The position numbers were made by a program, and so were the translations under genes. This document shows, piece by piece, positions 62,011 through 64,000 of a stretch of DNA of 64,000 nt. The stretch's first letter is position 1. Each line of letters opens with the position of its first letter. Under the pieces are notes generated by a model. It made no database searches, was not told where the DNA came from, and saw only the letters and a program-made list of their open reading frames with translations. Source of the DNA: Monocercomonoides exilis PA203 (Eukaryota; Protista; Preaxostyla); assembly GCA_001643675.2 (NCBI GenBank), contig LSRY02000014.1, forward strand, positions 1 to 64,000, given 5' to 3'.

Positions 62011-62679
62011 CAAAAAAACTTAAAATACTTCAACTTCTCCCTTTCCATTTTTCACCGCTTTCTTCTGCAGCAAAAAAGAGTCCCTCCATTTCGAGCTGCT
62101 CAAATCTTGGTTCTTCTATTGGAAGATTTTTATTAGTTTAATGCGATCGATTAGTCAGTTGGAAAATGGAACTACCATGCATATTCCTCTGGTTATCATG
62201 CGATTCAGCTTCGTAATCTATTCTCCACATTCATCGTTTCCATTTATTTGCATACTGTTTGTGGTTTTGTAAACACTCGAGTGAAAGCATTTTATCTGCA
62301 TTAGGTGAATTCTATGACTCTTCCAGATAAATCTCAGCTGATTCATTAAAAGAAGTGAAAAAAAGGAAGAATACGAAGAATACGAAGATTACGAAGATGA
62401 TGATGATAAGATGAATTAGAAGAAACTGATGCTTTTTCATTGTTTGAATTCAACTCTGCTTTTATAACAGACACATTTGTGAGTGTGGCAATCACATCCA
62501 AATTCCAAGCGGCTCCTACCAGATGGATGGAGAGAAAGCCTCTCGTCAAATAGCAGCTGCATTTTCGAGCAGTTGGCTGGCTGGGGAGAGAAGAGAAGGA
62601 AAAAAAATGAATGTAATGTTGGTGAATAAGTGTGTGGCTGTAGTGTTGAGGTATCTTCTGTTTAGGAATAAGAGGAAGA

Positions 62680-63490
62680 GGAAGAGGAAGAAGAAGGGTT
62701 GATTGATGAAGGAATTGATGAAAGCATTGGAATCTGAGAGAATGATAGAACATCAACAGGAGAAGAGGAGGGGGAGGAGGAAGAGGAGGAAGAGGAGGAT
62801 GAGGAAGAGGAGGATGAGGAGGAGGAAAAGGAGGTGGATGTGAACGCAACGAAGGAGAAGAATGCGAAGAAGGTGAGGGAGAAGAAGATTTTTCAGATTG
62901 AGGAGACGAGGAAGTGCCGGCAGATGGTGGAAGGATAGGAACAAATGGAGATGAAACAGTGAATGAAGGGGTGTTTGTGTGGTGTGTGTTGTGTAATGAA
63001 AGCGAATTCTCTCTCGAAATAGCAGGACCATCTGCAGATATAATTGTTGCGGAAGAAGAAGAAAATTGACGTGTCTTAAAACAATCTGTTCCTCTGAGTA
63101 GATGCCTCATCGTGCATGAAAACATTGCAGGTGGCGGAGGAGGTTGAGGGAGGGTTGGTGGAAGAGGTGGAAGAGGAGTAAGAGGCAGCGTGTCTGAAGA
63201 GTGTGGAGGCGGAGAAGGCATCTGCACACAAGAGCAATCAGATCCTTCACAAGCACTTTCAAAGGGAATTTTCGACAACATCGGCGTGTGGTAGACAGTC
63301 TCAAATTGTGTTCTGCCAGATAGAAACAATTGCAATCACAATCACAACTACTCGAATTCGAGATCATATATGAAGAAGAATATGAAGAAGAAGAAGAAGA
63401 AGAAGATGATGATGATGATGATGATGAGGATGAGGATGAGGATGATGACGACGACGACGACGATGAAGATGAAGGAGAAGAAGGAGAAGA
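62680..63490. repeat. Purine-rich trinucleotide low-complexity tracts (GAG/GAA/GAT/GAC)
   Basis: Runs such as (GAA)n(GAT)n(GAC)n at ~63370-63490 and GGA-rich tracts at ~62760-62830. They generate open frames on both strands. Confidence 0.6.
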
Positions 63491-64000
63491 AGTTGACAAC
63501 ATTCAAGATATCAAGGAAGATGAAGTGTGAGTTAATGAACACGTGTGAAGACAATACCAATTATTTTTTTTATTTGCGCCTGATGCATAAGTCAACTAAT
63601 TCGTATAAACGGATAGAAAATGGAGCTAACAAAATGGAGGAGCGATGGTGCGTGCAGGAAGATTCAGAAGATGAGGTCAACTGAAAGTGGTTTTCAAAAG
63701 GCGATGATAAAGGAAGTGGAGAAAAAGATGACGAAGAAAATATTGAAGCAGATATTAACTGGCGGAGTGGAGAAGGGGAAGAGGAAGAAGAATTGTGGAA
63801 AGAAGCAAGTTGGAAAAGACAATTAAGACATGTGTTTCGATCAAGAGGAAATATTCGGCAGGAGGAATGTGAAATGATAAAAGAGCGGCATGCGCAGGGC
63901 AGAAGATTGGAATGAATAGTCGTTGAGTTAAATAATGAAAGAAAAAATGATAACGAATTCATTTCAAAAAATGAACATGAAATTCTCAAAAATAAATGAT

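Noticed and set aside
62346-63335. 329-aa Pro-rich minus-strand ORF as a formin-like gene
   Set aside because: The Pro-richness derives from GGA/GAG repeats; no FH2 or other domain is visible.

Overview
This window is the end of a eukaryotic chromosome, not prokaryotic DNA. About 1.65 kb of (CCCTAA)n telomere is followed by an AT-rich, repeat- and pseudogene-rich subtelomere. The standard genetic code, short GT-AG introns, expanded Cys/Gly-rich beta-helix surface/receptor-pseudokinase family and bacterial-type Met gamma-lyase fit an anaerobic metamonad, most like the oxymonad Monocercomonoides (inference from family resemblance, no search run). Apparently intact genes: a 4-exon kinesin-2, a multi-RRM protein with a huge low-complexity tail, a Met gamma-lyase-family enzyme, a 2133-aa beta-helix receptor with a degenerate kinase tail, and exportin-T. 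Decayed genes: IQCH-like, DDX21-like and several surface/receptor fragments. There are three DNA transposons (two IS630/Tc1-like, one pogo-like DD35D) plus several MITE-like elements. The most notable observations are: (i) a near-intact TA-flanked Tc1/IS630-like element whose transposase is split exactly at an in-frame T TTT TTA slippery heptamer just before the first catalytic Asp; (ii) a shared hairpin + G-tract motif at a similar distance upstream of two unrelated transposases; (iii) a kinesin-2 tail with six copies of the KIF3B-type terminal [FY]P motif. Homopolymer-linked observations must be checked against assembly error.
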